Shown: positions 1-8,596, numbered from the stretch's first letter. The stretch is 18,905 nt of DNA from Vulcanimicrobiota bacterium (GCA_003135555.1 PLCF01000018.1:338-19242); one strand, 5' to 3'. A program made the numbers and translations. The notes: a model not told the origin generated them from the letters alone.

Positions 1-1413
1 CGGCACCTCCTCGAGCCGGAAGCGCGCGATCTCCTCGACCACGTCGGCCGGGATGAGTACGTCGTTGCGCCAGTACGGCGGCTGCACGCGCAGCTCGGGG
101 CCGGTGCGGTCCACCGCGAAGCCGAGCGAGACCAGCACCCGTTCCGTCTCGTCGTCGGGCACGTCGAAACCGAGCAGTCCGCGCACCACGCCCGGGGTCA
201 GACCGACCCAGCCCGGTGCGGACGCCGGCTTGCCGGTGGCGTGCGGCATCGCGACGCTGCCGCCTTCTTGTTCGAGCAGATGCGCGGCGCGCGCGGCACC
301 GATATCGGCCAGCGCGAGCGGCAGCGACTTCTCGAACCGGGTCGACGCCTCGGTTCGAAGTTTGAGCGCGATCGAGGCGCGCCGGATGCGCGGCCCGGTC
401 CACGTCGCCGCCTCGATCAGCACCTCGGCGGTCGCGTCGCCGACCTCGCTGCGCTGGCCGCCCATGATCCCGGCGAGCGAGGTCGGACCCGCTTCGTCGG
501 CGGTGACGATGGCGCGCTCGTCGAGGGTGCGCTCCTGTCCGTCGAGGGTGGTGAAGCGTTCGCCGTCCTTCGCGTCGCGCACGATGAGATGCTTTCCGGC
601 GACGTGGTCCCAGTCGAAGAAGTGCAGCGGCTGGCCCAGCTCGAGCATGGCGAAGTTCGAGATGTCCACGACGTTGTTGAGCGGGCGCTGTCCCGCCAGC
701 GCTAGCCGCACGCGCATCCAGGCCGGTGCGGGACGGATCCGCACGCCGCTCACCCGCTGGAACACGAACCGCTTGCAGTCCAGCGTCTCGATCGTCACCC
801 GCGCGTCCTCGGTGTCGCCATCGTACTGCACCTGGCTCGACGGCTCGCGCAACGGGACGCCGAACGACGCCGCCAGCTCGCGTGCCAGGCCGACGATCGA
901 GAGCGCGTCGGGACGGTTGGGCGTCACGTCGACTTCGAGGACCGGTTCGGTGAGACGGAAGTGCGCGATGAAATCGGTCCCCACCGTAATCGTCGGCTCG
1001 AGCTGCATGATCCCGTCCTCGAACCACGCGCCGGGCAGGGCGACCTCTTCGGCCGAGATGAGCATGCCCTGTGAGTCGATGCCGCGCATCTTTCGCGGCG
1101 CGATGGTCAGCCCGCCGGCGAGTTGCGCGCCGATGCGCGCGACCGGGACGGTCTGGCCGGCGGCGACATTGGTTGCAGCGGTCGCGATGAGCAGCGTCGC
1201 GCCGGCGCCGACGTCGAGGGTGCAGAGCTGCAGGCGATCGGCGTTGGGATGCGGTTCGAGCGTGGCAATGCGGCCCACGACGACGTTGGTCAGCGCCGGT
1301 CGCGTCTCGACGTCGTCGACCGGAAACCCGAGCGTCGCGAGCCGCGCCACGGTCTCATCGGGACTCTGCGGCAAGTCGACATAGTCGCGCAGCCACGCCA
1401 ACGGCACGCGCAT
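1..1413 (-). CDS. pheT: Phenylalanine--tRNA ligase beta subunit (3' end runs off the window)
   Basis: Absent from the ORF track (no stop in window). Manual translation from ATG at 1413 gives MRVPLAWLRDYVDLP..., HPNADRLQLCTLDVG, MRGIDSQGMLISAEEV, VTPNRPDALS, VDISNFAMLELGQPLHFFD, RFEKSL. The start overlaps the pheS stop (TAATG). Confidence 0.97.
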   Translation of the reverse strand, partial: MRVPLAWLRDYVDLPQSPDETVARLATLGFPVDDVETRPALTNVVVGRIATLEPHPNADRLQLCTLDVGAGATLLIATAATNVAAGQTVPVARIGAQLAGGLTIAPRKMRGIDSQGMLISAEEVALPGAWFEDGIMQLEPTITVGTDFIAHFRLTEPVLEVDVTPNRPDALSIVGLARELAASFGVPLREPSSQVQYDGDTEDARVTIETLDCKRFVFQRVSGVRIRPAPAWMRVRLALAGQRPLNNVVDISNFAMLELGQPLHFFDWDHVAGKHLIVRDAKDGERFTTLDGQERTLDERAIVTADEAGPTSLAGIMGGQRSEVGDATAEVLIEAATWTGPRIRRASIALKLRTEASTRFEKSLPLALADIGAARAAHLLEQEGGSVAMPHATGKPASAPGWVGLTPGVVRGLLGFDVPDDETERVLVSLGFAVDRTGPELRVQPPYWRNDVLIPADVVEEIARFRLEEVP

Positions 1414-2498
1414 TATGCCAACCCCTCGGCGAAGCCGGGAGCATTCTCGATGAAGGCACGGATGTCGTTCATATCGTGCTGCTTCATCGCGACTCGTTCC
1501 AGCCCGCAGCCGAAGGCCCAGCCGGTCACCACCGCGGGATCGTAGCCGACGCCGCGCAGCACGCTGGGGTGGACCATCCCGCTGCCGCCCAGCTCGAACC
1601 AGCCGCTTCCGCCGCAGGTGCGGCATTGAACGTTGTCATCCTGAGCCTGTCGAAGGACGGCAGTCACGCCGAGGCCGGCGCAGGCCGGACACTTCACGTC
1701 GATCTCCGCCGACGGCTCGGTGAACGGAAAGAACGACGGCCGGAAGCGCACGTCCGTGGACGCCCCGAACAGCTCGCGGCACATCCCCACCAGCATCCCC
1801 TTGAGGTGGCCGAAGTGGATCCCGGGGCCGACCATCAAGCCTTCGACCTGATGGAACATGAACAGATGGCGCGCGTCGTTGGCGTCGCGGCGGTACGCCT
1901 TGCCGGGAACGATGATCGCGATCGGCGCAGGGTGCGTGCGCATCGCGCGCACCTGCATCGGCGAGGTGTGCGTGCGCAAGACCAGATCAGGGCGCAAGTA
2001 GAACGAATCGAGTCCTTCCCGAGCGGGGTGGTCGGGCGGGATGTTGAGGGCGTCGAAGTTGTTCGCGTCGGTCTCGATCTCCGGGCCGAGCACGACCGCG
2101 AAGCCGTGACGGGTGAAGTAGCGCGCGACGTCGATCGCGACTCGGCGCACCGGATGGAGCGCGCCGAGCGACGCCGGCGGGCCGGGGAAGGTGACGTCGA
2201 TCGTGTCCTCGAGCGATCGCGCCAGCGCCGCGTCCTCGACCCGCGCGAGCGCCTGCGCGAGCCGAGCCTCGAGCGTCTCGACCGCCGCGTTGATCAGCTT
2301 GCCCGCCGTAGGCCGCTCGGCCGGAGGCAGCGCGCCGATCGCGCGCCGCACCGCGGTGACCTCGCCGCTGCGGCCCAAGAACGCAACCCGAGCGTCGTCG
2401 AGGGCGCGGGCGTCGGACGCGTTCGCCACGGCCTCGTCGAAACGCGCGCTCAGCGCGGCGAGGGTGGCTTCGAGTTCTGTCATGCCGGTCGTGGTCAT
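1413..2498 (-). CDS. pheS: Phenylalanine--tRNA ligase alpha subunit
   Basis: Motifs NFDALNIPPDHPAR, LRTHTSPMQVR, FHQVEG, RFRPSFFPFTEPS, GMVHP, GWAFGCGLER. Start is ATG 2498 or 2483; the ORF-track start at 2582 runs through leader hairpins. Confidence 0.97.
   Translation of the reverse strand: MTTTGMTELEATLAALSARFDEAVANASDARALDDARVAFLGRSGEVTAVRRAIGALPPAERPTAGKLINAAVETLEARLAQALARVEDAALARSLEDTIDVTFPGPPASLGALHPVRRVAIDVARYFTRHGFAVVLGPEIETDANNFDALNIPPDHPAREGLDSFYLRPDLVLRTHTSPMQVRAMRTHPAPIAIIVPGKAYRRDANDARHLFMFHQVEGLMVGPGIHFGHLKGMLVGMCRELFGASTDVRFRPSFFPFTEPSAEIDVKCPACAGLGVTAVLRQAQDDNVQCRTCGGSGWFELGGSGMVHPSVLRGVGYDPAVVTGWAFGCGLERVAMKQHDMNDIRAFIENAPGFAEGLA
1634..1657. repeat. REP-like small repeat (TGTCATCCTGAGCCTGTCGAAGGA) inside pheS
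   Basis: Resembles, from recall, the widespread GTCATCCTGAGC(C/T)TGTCGAAG / CTTCGACA(G/A)GCTCAGGATGAC repeat family. It lies in a 14-codon insertion with atypical A/T-ending codons. Only one copy is in this window. Confidence 0.7.
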
Positions 2499-2505
2499 AT
2501 GCAAA

Positions 2506-2542
2506 TGCGAACGCCCGATCCTGGAGGACCGGGCGTTCTGCA
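2506..2542 (-). terminator. Strong hairpin just upstream of pheS (possible attenuator terminator)
   Basis: Minus strand GAACGCCCGGTCC-TCCA-GGATCGGGCGTTC forms a 13-bp stem with one G-U pair, followed by GCATTT (weak U tract), about 10 nt before the pheS ATG. Confidence 0.5.
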
Positions 2543-2589
2543 ACTTCTTTCTGGTGTTTGACCCCCGCTCCGGGGGCATCACCCGCTCG

Positions 2590-2688
2590 TTAGTTGGCGG
2601 GCGAAGGGTGCAAGTGCCGGTACATCAGGTACGCGCTGATCGATCCCGTAGTGCTAAACAACTTCCAGAAAACTTCGGAGGTGCGCAT
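2590..2688 (-). CDS. YqzL-like small protein, 32 aa
   Basis: MRTSEVFWKLFSTTGSISAYLMYRHLHPSPAN fits the YqzL pattern FWKxFxxTGSIxxYL. Purine-rich RBS (AAAGAGGGAG) upstream. Lies between trmH and pheS. Confidence 0.8.
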   Translation of the reverse strand: MRTSEVFWKLFSTTGSISAYLMYRHLHPSPAN

Positions 2689-2749
2689 GTGCGTCGGCGG
2701 TCTCCCTCTTTCGTCGTTCGGTGCGCGTGGTTCGCGGTCGGCAAGGGCG

Positions 2750-2778
2750 AGTATAGCACCACCCCATTTGCCCGCCAA
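2750..2778 (-). promoter_or_regulatory. Sigma70-type promoter for yqzL-pheS-pheT
   Basis: Minus strand TTGGCG (2778-2773), 17-nt spacer, TATACT (2755-2750), with extended -10 TG (TGCTATACT). Confidence 0.75.
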
Positions 2779-2780
2779 GT

Positions 2781-2825
2781 CTTGACAGATCAGGGTTTTT
2801 CGGCGCCTTGACAAGCCTCTTGACA
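2781..2825. repeat. Three direct copies of CTTGACA (TGTCAAG on minus)
   Basis: Exact copies at 2781-2787, 2807-2813 and 2819-2825, immediately upstream of the -35 above. Confidence 0.55.
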
Positions 2826-3587
2826 ACGCGCTGCTTCGTAGAGCACGATGCTCCCCGCCACCGCCGCGTTCAAGCTCTCGGCGGCCCCATGCTGGGGTAT
2901 CCGAATGGCCCTGTCCCAGCGCGGCAACCAGTCCCGGACCCCCCGCCGCTCGTTCCCGATTGCGAAGACCGCGTTCTGCGGCATACCCACGACGCGAAGG
3001 TCCTCGCCGTCGACGTCGGCGGCGACGAGCGGGCGCCCGGCGGCCGCCGCTGCGGCGACGATCTCGTCGGAGTCCACCGAGGCGACCGGGAGGCGAAAGA
3101 TCGAACCCATCGCGGCGCGGACCACCTTGGAGCCGTACGGATCGGCCCCGCCCCGCCCGAACAGCATGCCCGCAGCCCCGAAGGCCTCGGCCGACCGGAC
3201 CAGCGTGCCGGCGTTCCCGGGATCGTTGACCCCGGCCAGCAACAGCACCGGACCGGCCCGGGCCAGGATCTCGGCGACGGTGTGCTCGGGCAGGTCGAAG
3301 ACGCACAGCACGCCGGTCGGCGACTCGACGTCCGAGAGCCGCGCGAAGGTGCGTTCGGGGAGCAGGAAAACGGGCACGCCCTCGGCCTCGTACCGGCTCG
3401 GGTCCAACCGCTCCAGGACCGTCGCGGTCAGGTAGATTTCGCGCGGCGTCAGCCCGCTGCGCACGGCTTCCTCCAACAGGGTCGGCCCCTCGACCGCGAA
3501 GCGGCGCTCGGCGCGGCGCCCGCGCGCCGTGCGCAGCTCGCGCAGCTGCTCGAGGCGCGGGTTGTGCGGGCTGAGTTCGGTCGGCAC
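2790..3587 (-). CDS. TrmH/SpoU family RNA 2'-O-methyltransferase
   Basis: Motifs SPHNPRL, FAVEG, DPGNAGTLVRSAEAFG, KVVRAAMGS, IGNERRGV, ESLNAAVAGSIVLY. Likely GTG start at 3587 with GAAGG upstream. Confidence 0.93.
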   Translation of the reverse strand: MPTELSPHNPRLEQLRELRTARGRRAERRFAVEGPTLLEEAVRSGLTPREIYLTATVLERLDPSRYEAEGVPVFLLPERTFARLSDVESPTGVLCVFDLPEHTVAEILARAGPVLLLAGVNDPGNAGTLVRSAEAFGAAGMLFGRGGADPYGSKVVRAAMGSIFRLPVASVDSDEIVAAAAAAGRPLVAADVDGEDLRVVGMPQNAVFAIGNERRGVRDWLPRWDRAIRIPQHGAAESLNAAVAGSIVLYEAARCQEACQGAEKP

Positions 3588-3624
3588 GGGCGGGCCTTCG
3601 AGGCCGTCGAACGCCTGTCCGGTC

Positions 3625-3987
3625 GTGAAGGACACGCGCATCGCCGAGATCGTCTGGCTGGCGCTCATCGCCGCCGTCGTCGCCGCCGGCGGCAACGTGG
3701 CGCTGGGCTTGCTGGCGCTGCACCGCACGTTTGCCGCGGTGCTGCTGGCCGCGCTGGCGGTGGCGGCGCTGTTCGCGTTACGGCGCGCCGTAGCCGGCGG
3801 CACCACGGCCGCGCCCGTCGAGGTCACCAAGGCCGCCACCTATTGCACCGCAGCGGTGCTGGCCTTCGTGGCGATCGGTCTGCACGTCCACTGGGCGATC
3901 GGGGCGTCCATCGCCGCCGTTGAGGCGGCGCTCGTCTTCGACATCGTCACGATCGTCGCGCGGCGGGCCCCCGCGCGCGGGGAATAG
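3625..3987 (+). CDS. Hypothetical small integral membrane protein (~120 aa, about 4 TM)
   Basis: GTG at 3625; about four hydrophobic segments; GC3-biased codons; stop lies 9 nt before the next gene. Confidence 0.65.
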   Translation: MKDTRIAEIVWLALIAAVVAAGGNVALGLLALHRTFAAVLLAALAVAALFALRRAVAGGTTAAPVEVTKAATYCTAAVLAFVAIGLHVHWAIGASIAAVEAALVFDIVTIVARRAPARGE

Positions 3988-3996
3988 GGGACCACG

Positions 3997-4872
3997 ATGC
4001 CGGTTTTCATCACGGGCGGCACGGGATACGTCGGCGCCAGCGTGGTGCGCGAGCTGCGCCGGCGCACGCACGTCGTGCGCGCGCTCGCGCGCAGCGACTC
4101 CGCCGAGCGCAAGCTGCGCGAGCTCGGCGCCGAGCCGGTTCGCGGCGAGCTGCGCGACCTCGATACGCTGCGCGCCCAGGCGGCCGGCGCCGACGCCGTC
4201 GTGCACTGCGCGTTCGATTATTCGGCCGAAACCGTCGCGCTCGAACGGGCCGCGCTCGAGGCGCTGCTGTCGGCGCTGCGCCCCGGCCGGGCGTTCGTCT
4301 ACACCAGCGGCGTGTGGGTGTACGGCTCGCGCGGCGATGCGGTCGTCGCCGAGGACGCTCCGCTGCGACCGCTCGAGATCGTGGCCTGGCGGCCCGCCCA
4401 CGAACAGCTCGTCCTCGCCCAGGACCCGCAGCTGCGCACGGTCGCGATCCGGCCCGGCATCGTCTACGGGGACGGCGGCGGGATCCCCGGCGGGCTGGTC
4501 GCGCAAGCCGCGAAGGGAACGCTGCGGATCGCCGGTGACGGCGCCAACCGTTGGCCGACCGTCCGGCACGACGCGCTCGCCGAGCTCTACGGGGCCGTCG
4601 TCGATGGGCGCGTCGCACGCGGGGTCTACAACGCGACGCGGGGAGCGTCGGTCCCGTATCTCGAGATCGCGCGCGCCGCTTCGCGCGCAGCCGGCGGCGA
4701 CGGTCGCATCGCCCATCTCGCCCTCGAGGACGCGCGCGCGCAGTTCGGCCCCTACGCCGATGCGCTGGCCTGCGACCTGCAGGTCGACAGCGGCCGAGCG
4801 GCTCGCGAGCTGGGGTGGGAGCCGCATCGTCCCACGCTGCTCGAAGAGCTGTCCAACACGACGGTCGTCTAG
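3997..4872 (+). CDS. NAD-dependent epimerase/dehydratase family (atypical extended SDR)
   Basis: TGGTGYVG Rossmann motif, DAVVHCA, FVYTSGVWVYG, IRPGIVYG, ARELGWEP; no canonical YxxxK; GGGGA RBS. Confidence 0.9.
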   Translation: MPVFITGGTGYVGASVVRELRRRTHVVRALARSDSAERKLRELGAEPVRGELRDLDTLRAQAAGADAVVHCAFDYSAETVALERAALEALLSALRPGRAFVYTSGVWVYGSRGDAVVAEDAPLRPLEIVAWRPAHEQLVLAQDPQLRTVAIRPGIVYGDGGGIPGGLVAQAAKGTLRIAGDGANRWPTVRHDALAELYGAVVDGRVARGVYNATRGASVPYLEIARAASRAAGGDGRIAHLALEDARAQFGPYADALACDLQVDSGRAARELGWEPHRPTLLEELSNTTVV

Positions 4873-4930
4873 CCGTTTTCGATTCGCGGCCCTGGCGGGA
4901 GTCGCCGAACCCCAGCCAATAGGGTCGGAC

Positions 4931-5452
4931 ATGGAGTTGCTGGCGACGCGGCGGATCTACGACGGCAAGGTGGTGAATCTGCGAGTCGACACGCTGTTGG
5001 GCGAGGACGGCAGGCCGCACGATGTCGAGGTCGTCGAGCACGAACAGGCTGTGGTCGTGATCGTGCGGCCGCGTCCGGCCGAGATGCTGCTGGTGCGCCA
5101 ATACCGCCACCCGCTCGCGCGCGAGCATTGGGAGGTCGTCGCCGGCGTGATGATCGCGGGTGAGTCCCCCGAGGAGGCCGCCGCGCGCGAGCTGCGCGAG
5201 GAGACCGGCTACGTCGCGCACCGTGTCGAGCGGTTGTGGTCGGCGTACAGCGCGCCGGGATTCTGCGACGAGCTGCTGCACTTCTGCGCGGTCGACGGTT
5301 ACGACATCGGTGAGCCGCAGCCCGACCCGGACGAGCACATCGAGCTGGGGATATTCTCGCTGGCGGAGCTGTGGCGGATGGTGCGCGCCGACGAGCTGCC
5401 CGATGCCAAGACGCAGGTTGCGGTGTTGTGGGCGCTGAGCGGTCGCGGCTAG
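4931..5452 (+). CDS. Nudix hydrolase, ADP-ribose pyrophosphatase (NudF)-like
   Basis: ATG 4931 begins MELLATRRIYDGKVVNLRVD; LVRQYRHP; Nudix box GESPEEAAARELREETGY; SAPGFCDE; DAKT. Confidence 0.92.
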   Translation: MELLATRRIYDGKVVNLRVDTLLGEDGRPHDVEVVEHEQAVVVIVRPRPAEMLLVRQYRHPLAREHWEVVAGVMIAGESPEEAAARELREETGYVAHRVERLWSAYSAPGFCDELLHFCAVDGYDIGEPQPDPDEHIELGIFSLAELWRMVRADELPDAKTQVAVLWALSGRG

Positions 5453-5814
5453 TCGTCGCGCTGCAAACGGGATTGCTTCGCGCGGTCGCGGAGTTTGCGG
5501 CCGACGATCGTCTCGCTCCGCACCACGCGCGCGCGCTGGCGACCGCGGCGGCGCTAGACTACGTCCTGATGCTGGCGACCGGAGCCGCCGGTGTGCGCAT
5601 CCCGCACCGCGACGCCGAACGGGCGATGCACGACGGAATCGCGCGCGCCGTCGACGACCTCATCATCGTGGCGAGCGCCGTCGCCGAGATCGGAACGCCG
5701 GCGGCGTCGGCCTTCGCGCGCGAGGCCGCGACGTCGTTACGCACCGTCGTGCGCGAAGAAGCGCTCGAGAGCGACAGTCGCAGCTTCGCGGTGATCGCGC
5801 TGGCGAACGCGTGA
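5428..5814 (+). CDS. Hypothetical Ala-rich helical protein (start uncertain: GTG 5428 or TTG 5473)
   Basis: Open frame with GC3-biased codons filling the gap; its stop overlaps the next start (GTGA 5811-5814); no family recognised. Confidence 0.5.
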   Translation: MGAERSRLVVALQTGLLRAVAEFAADDRLAPHHARALATAAALDYVLMLATGAAGVRIPHRDAERAMHDGIARAVDDLIIVASAVAEIGTPAASAFAREAATSLRTVVREEALESDSRSFAVIALANA

Positions 5815-6701
5815 GCATCGACGCATCGGCGTTGGTCGCCGCGCTCGATGCGACCGAGGACCACCTGCTCGGCGACGAGATGCGGTCCGTCGTGATCGAT
5901 CACGGCGCGCGCACCGCGCGCGTCACGGTGCTGCTGCACGGTCTCACCGCCAGCCCGCGCACCTGGCGGGAGTTCGCCCGCGTGCGGCATGCGCGCGGCG
6001 AGAACGTCCTGATCCCGCGGCTGCCGCGCCACGGCCACGCCGACCGCATGTCCGAAGCGCTGGTCGGGCTCACGGCCGCCGAGCTGACCGCGCACGGCGC
6101 ACGCGTCCTCGACGCCGCCGCCCAGCTCGGCGAGGAGATCGTGCTGGTCGGGCACTCGCTGGGCGCCGCGCTCGCCCTGCACCTCGCGCACCGCGACCCG
6201 CGCGTCTTTCGCGCCGTCGCCGTCGCGCCGTTCTTGGGGATCAAACGCCTGCCGCGCGACTGGAACGCGTGGGCGCGCGGGCTGTTGGAGAAGACCCCGA
6301 ACCGCTTCTTGTACTGGAATCCGATCGACAAGGGACGCGGGGTCCCGCAACACGGCTATCACCGCTACACCACGCGTTCGTTGGCCGCGTGCTTGGAGTT
6401 GGCCGAGCTGCTGCGCCGCGACGCCCGCACGGGTCCGCCGCAGGCGCGCCACATCGAGATCGTCCGCAACGCCAGCGAGTCGTCGGTGAACAATCACGCG
6501 ATCGACGATCTCGTCGCGCTCTGGCGCGCGGTCGGCGGCGCGAACGTCCGGCTGCACCGGCTCGTCGGGCTGCGCTCGTCGCACGACATCGTCGAGCCGG
6601 AGCGGCGTCAAGCGCCGGCGGCGCGTTTCCTGCCGCTGCTGCATGCGATCCTCGACGATCCGCCCCGCGAGCGCGACGCCGTCATCGACGCGCGCGAATG
6701 A
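5811..6701 (+). CDS. Alpha/beta fold hydrolase (esterase/lipase-like)
   Basis: LLHGLTASP oxyanion region, PRLPRHG, GHSLG nucleophile elbow, C-terminal His (SSHD). Confidence 0.88.
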   Translation: MSIDASALVAALDATEDHLLGDEMRSVVIDHGARTARVTVLLHGLTASPRTWREFARVRHARGENVLIPRLPRHGHADRMSEALVGLTAAELTAHGARVLDAAAQLGEEIVLVGHSLGAALALHLAHRDPRVFRAVAVAPFLGIKRLPRDWNAWARGLLEKTPNRFLYWNPIDKGRGVPQHGYHRYTTRSLAACLELAELLRRDARTGPPQARHIEIVRNASESSVNNHAIDDLVALWRAVGGANVRLHRLVGLRSSHDIVEPERRQAPAARFLPLLHAILDDPPRERDAVIDARE

Positions 6702-7608
6702 GTTCCGCCGCGATGCTCAGCGCTTGCGCGGTGGTCTCGGCCCAGTGGGCCAGCCCGCTCTCGTGCGTCCAGGTTTCGAACGTCGAGCTGATCTTGCCGT
6801 AACTGTTGTCCAGGACGACGTGGGGCACGCCCAGCGCGATCGCCAGAATGTGCGCGTGCAGCCGGTCGGTGACGACGACCTCGGCCGAAAGCACCAGCCG
6901 CGTCCCGCGCCGCAGCCACGCCTCGGCGCGTGGGCGGAACGGCGGCGCTACGGAGATCTCGTCGTCGAGTGGCGCGTCGAGCCAGTCGAGGACGGGCAGC
7001 TCGGCCGGCGGCGGCCCGCGGTCGACCGCTTCGCCGTCGCGGCGCCCGATCCACAGCAGCGGGCGTTCCGCTCGCGCCGCCTCGTGCAGCGGCCCCAGGC
7101 CGAAGGCCATGTCCGGGCACAGCAGCGCCGGCACGTCGAACCACCGCTGCGCGATCTCGAAGCTTTGCCGCTCGCGCACCAACAGCGTGAACGCCGGGTG
7201 TGCGGCGCACAGCCGGCGCATCCGGTCGCGCTTCTCGCGGTGCTCGAACCAGATGCTTTGCGGCAGCTGAATGATGCGCCGGTCGGTGCAGTGCTCCAGC
7301 ACGTACTCGCGCAAGCCTTGCTGGCCGCCGTAGAGGTCGCCGAAGCTGCCGCCGCCGTTGAGCAGCAGCGGACCGTCACCGATCGCCTCCCGCAGCGCGG
7401 TTTCGCTGAAGCTCGACGGGTCGCTGGCATACCCGACCGGAACGCGCAAGCGCTCCAAGACGGCGAGCGTGCCGAGCCAGATCGCGCTGTCGCCCGGATT
7501 GGAGTGGTTGGCGAAGTTGATCAACGCGACGGCGCGGCCCGGCTCAAGCAGTCCGCCCAGCGTTTCGTCGAGCCGCTCGGCCATCCGCGCGGCGAACGCG
7601 GTCGTCAC
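6682..7608 (-). CDS. Polysaccharide pyruvyltransferase (EpsO/Pvg1-like)
   Basis: HSNPGDSAIWLG, GGGSFGDLY, IIQLPQSI, VRERQS, CPDMAF, TDRLHAHIL, DNSYGKI. GTG 7608 overlaps the upstream TGA. Confidence 0.88.
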   Translation of the reverse strand: MTTAFAARMAERLDETLGGLLEPGRAVALINFANHSNPGDSAIWLGTLAVLERLRVPVGYASDPSSFSETALREAIGDGPLLLNGGGSFGDLYGGQQGLREYVLEHCTDRRIIQLPQSIWFEHREKRDRMRRLCAAHPAFTLLVRERQSFEIAQRWFDVPALLCPDMAFGLGPLHEAARAERPLLWIGRRDGEAVDRGPPPAELPVLDWLDAPLDDEISVAPPFRPRAEAWLRRGTRLVLSAEVVVTDRLHAHILAIALGVPHVVLDNSYGKISSTFETWTHESGLAHWAETTAQALSIAAELIRARR

Positions 7609-8594
7609 GGCCGGGCGGATCGGCTCGGGGCGTGTTCGCGCAGGCGCGACCCGGCTGCGGCGCCCGCCGGAAAGAGCGCGTCGATGCGCGCCAGCGTTTC
7701 GTCGTCGGGCCGCAGCGCGGCGGCGGCGGCATTCTCCTCGAGGTGGGCGACGCGCTCGCAGCCCGGCAGCGCAACCACGTCGTCGCCGCGCGCGAGCAGC
7801 CACGCCAGCGCCAGCTGGGCCGGCGACGCGCCGCTGCGCTGCGCGAGGGCGCGCAGCTTGGCGACCAGCGCGAGGTTGTGCTCGACGTTGCCCGGGTCGA
7901 AGCGCGGCACGCGGCGGCGCAGGTCGTCCGCGGCCAGAGCGCCGGTCGAGTGCACGGTGCCGGTGAGCAAGCCGCGGCCCAGCGGCGCGTAGGCGACCAA
8001 CGCGATGTTCAGCTCGCGGGCGGCGGCGAGCACTCCGTTCGTCTCGACGTCGCGCGTGAACAGCGAGTACTCGCTCTGCAGCGCCGCGATCGGGACGGCG
8101 GCGGCGGCACGCCGCAGCGTTGGTGCGTCCAGCTCCGAGACGCCGGCGTAGCGTACCTTGCCCGCCGCCACGAGCGCGGCCAACGCGCCGGCCGACTCCT
8201 CGATCGGCACGCCCGGATCGGCGCGGTGCAGATAGTACAGGTCGACGTGATCGAGACCGAGCCGTTGCAGCGAGGCCTCGCACGCCGCGCGGAGATACTC
8301 GGGCCGGCCGTTGCGGCCGCGATACGCCGGATCGGCGGCGCTGCGCACGATGCCGCCCTTGGTCGCCACGACCGCCGCCGCGCGCCGGCCGCGCAGGGCC
8401 CGGCCGACGAGCCGCTCGTTCTCGCCACGGCCGTACATGTCCGAGGTGTCGATGAGGGTGACGCCCAGCTCGAGCGCGCGGTGAATCGTCGCGATCGCTT
8501 CGCGTTCGGGGACGGCGTCGTAGAACTCGGACATCCCCATGCAGCCCAGCGCGATCGCGCCGACCTCGGGACCGTCCGCGCCGAGCCGCCGCAC
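7605..8594 (-). CDS. Aldo/keto reductase (AKR13-like)
   Basis: GCMGMSEFY, DTSDMYG, ATKGG, SLQRLGLDHVDLYYLHR, LQSEYSLFTR, YAPLGRGLLTG, QLALAWLL. GTG 8594 lies 2 nt after the aroQ stop. Confidence 0.93.
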   Translation of the reverse strand: MRRLGADGPEVGAIALGCMGMSEFYDAVPEREAIATIHRALELGVTLIDTSDMYGRGENERLVGRALRGRRAAAVVATKGGIVRSAADPAYRGRNGRPEYLRAACEASLQRLGLDHVDLYYLHRADPGVPIEESAGALAALVAAGKVRYAGVSELDAPTLRRAAAAVPIAALQSEYSLFTRDVETNGVLAAARELNIALVAYAPLGRGLLTGTVHSTGALAADDLRRRVPRFDPGNVEHNLALVAKLRALAQRSGASPAQLALAWLLARGDDVVALPGCERVAHLEENAAAAALRPDDETLARIDALFPAGAAAGSRLREHAPSRSARP

Positions 8595-8596
8595 GA

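Noticed and set aside
2499..2750. T-box riboswitch upstream of pheS
   Set aside because: No UGGNACC T-box core (GGGTGATGCC is the closest) and no evident specifier stem; a coding ORF occupies the space.
53..2811. Long plus-strand ORFs (53..1384, 1476..2561, 2191..2811)
   Set aside because: Antisense shadows of pheT/pheS in GC-rich DNA; Ser/Arg/Pro-rich with no motifs.
2782..2850. Plus-strand antisense promoters from three TTGACA hexamers
   Set aside because: No acceptable -10 at 16-18 nt from any copy.
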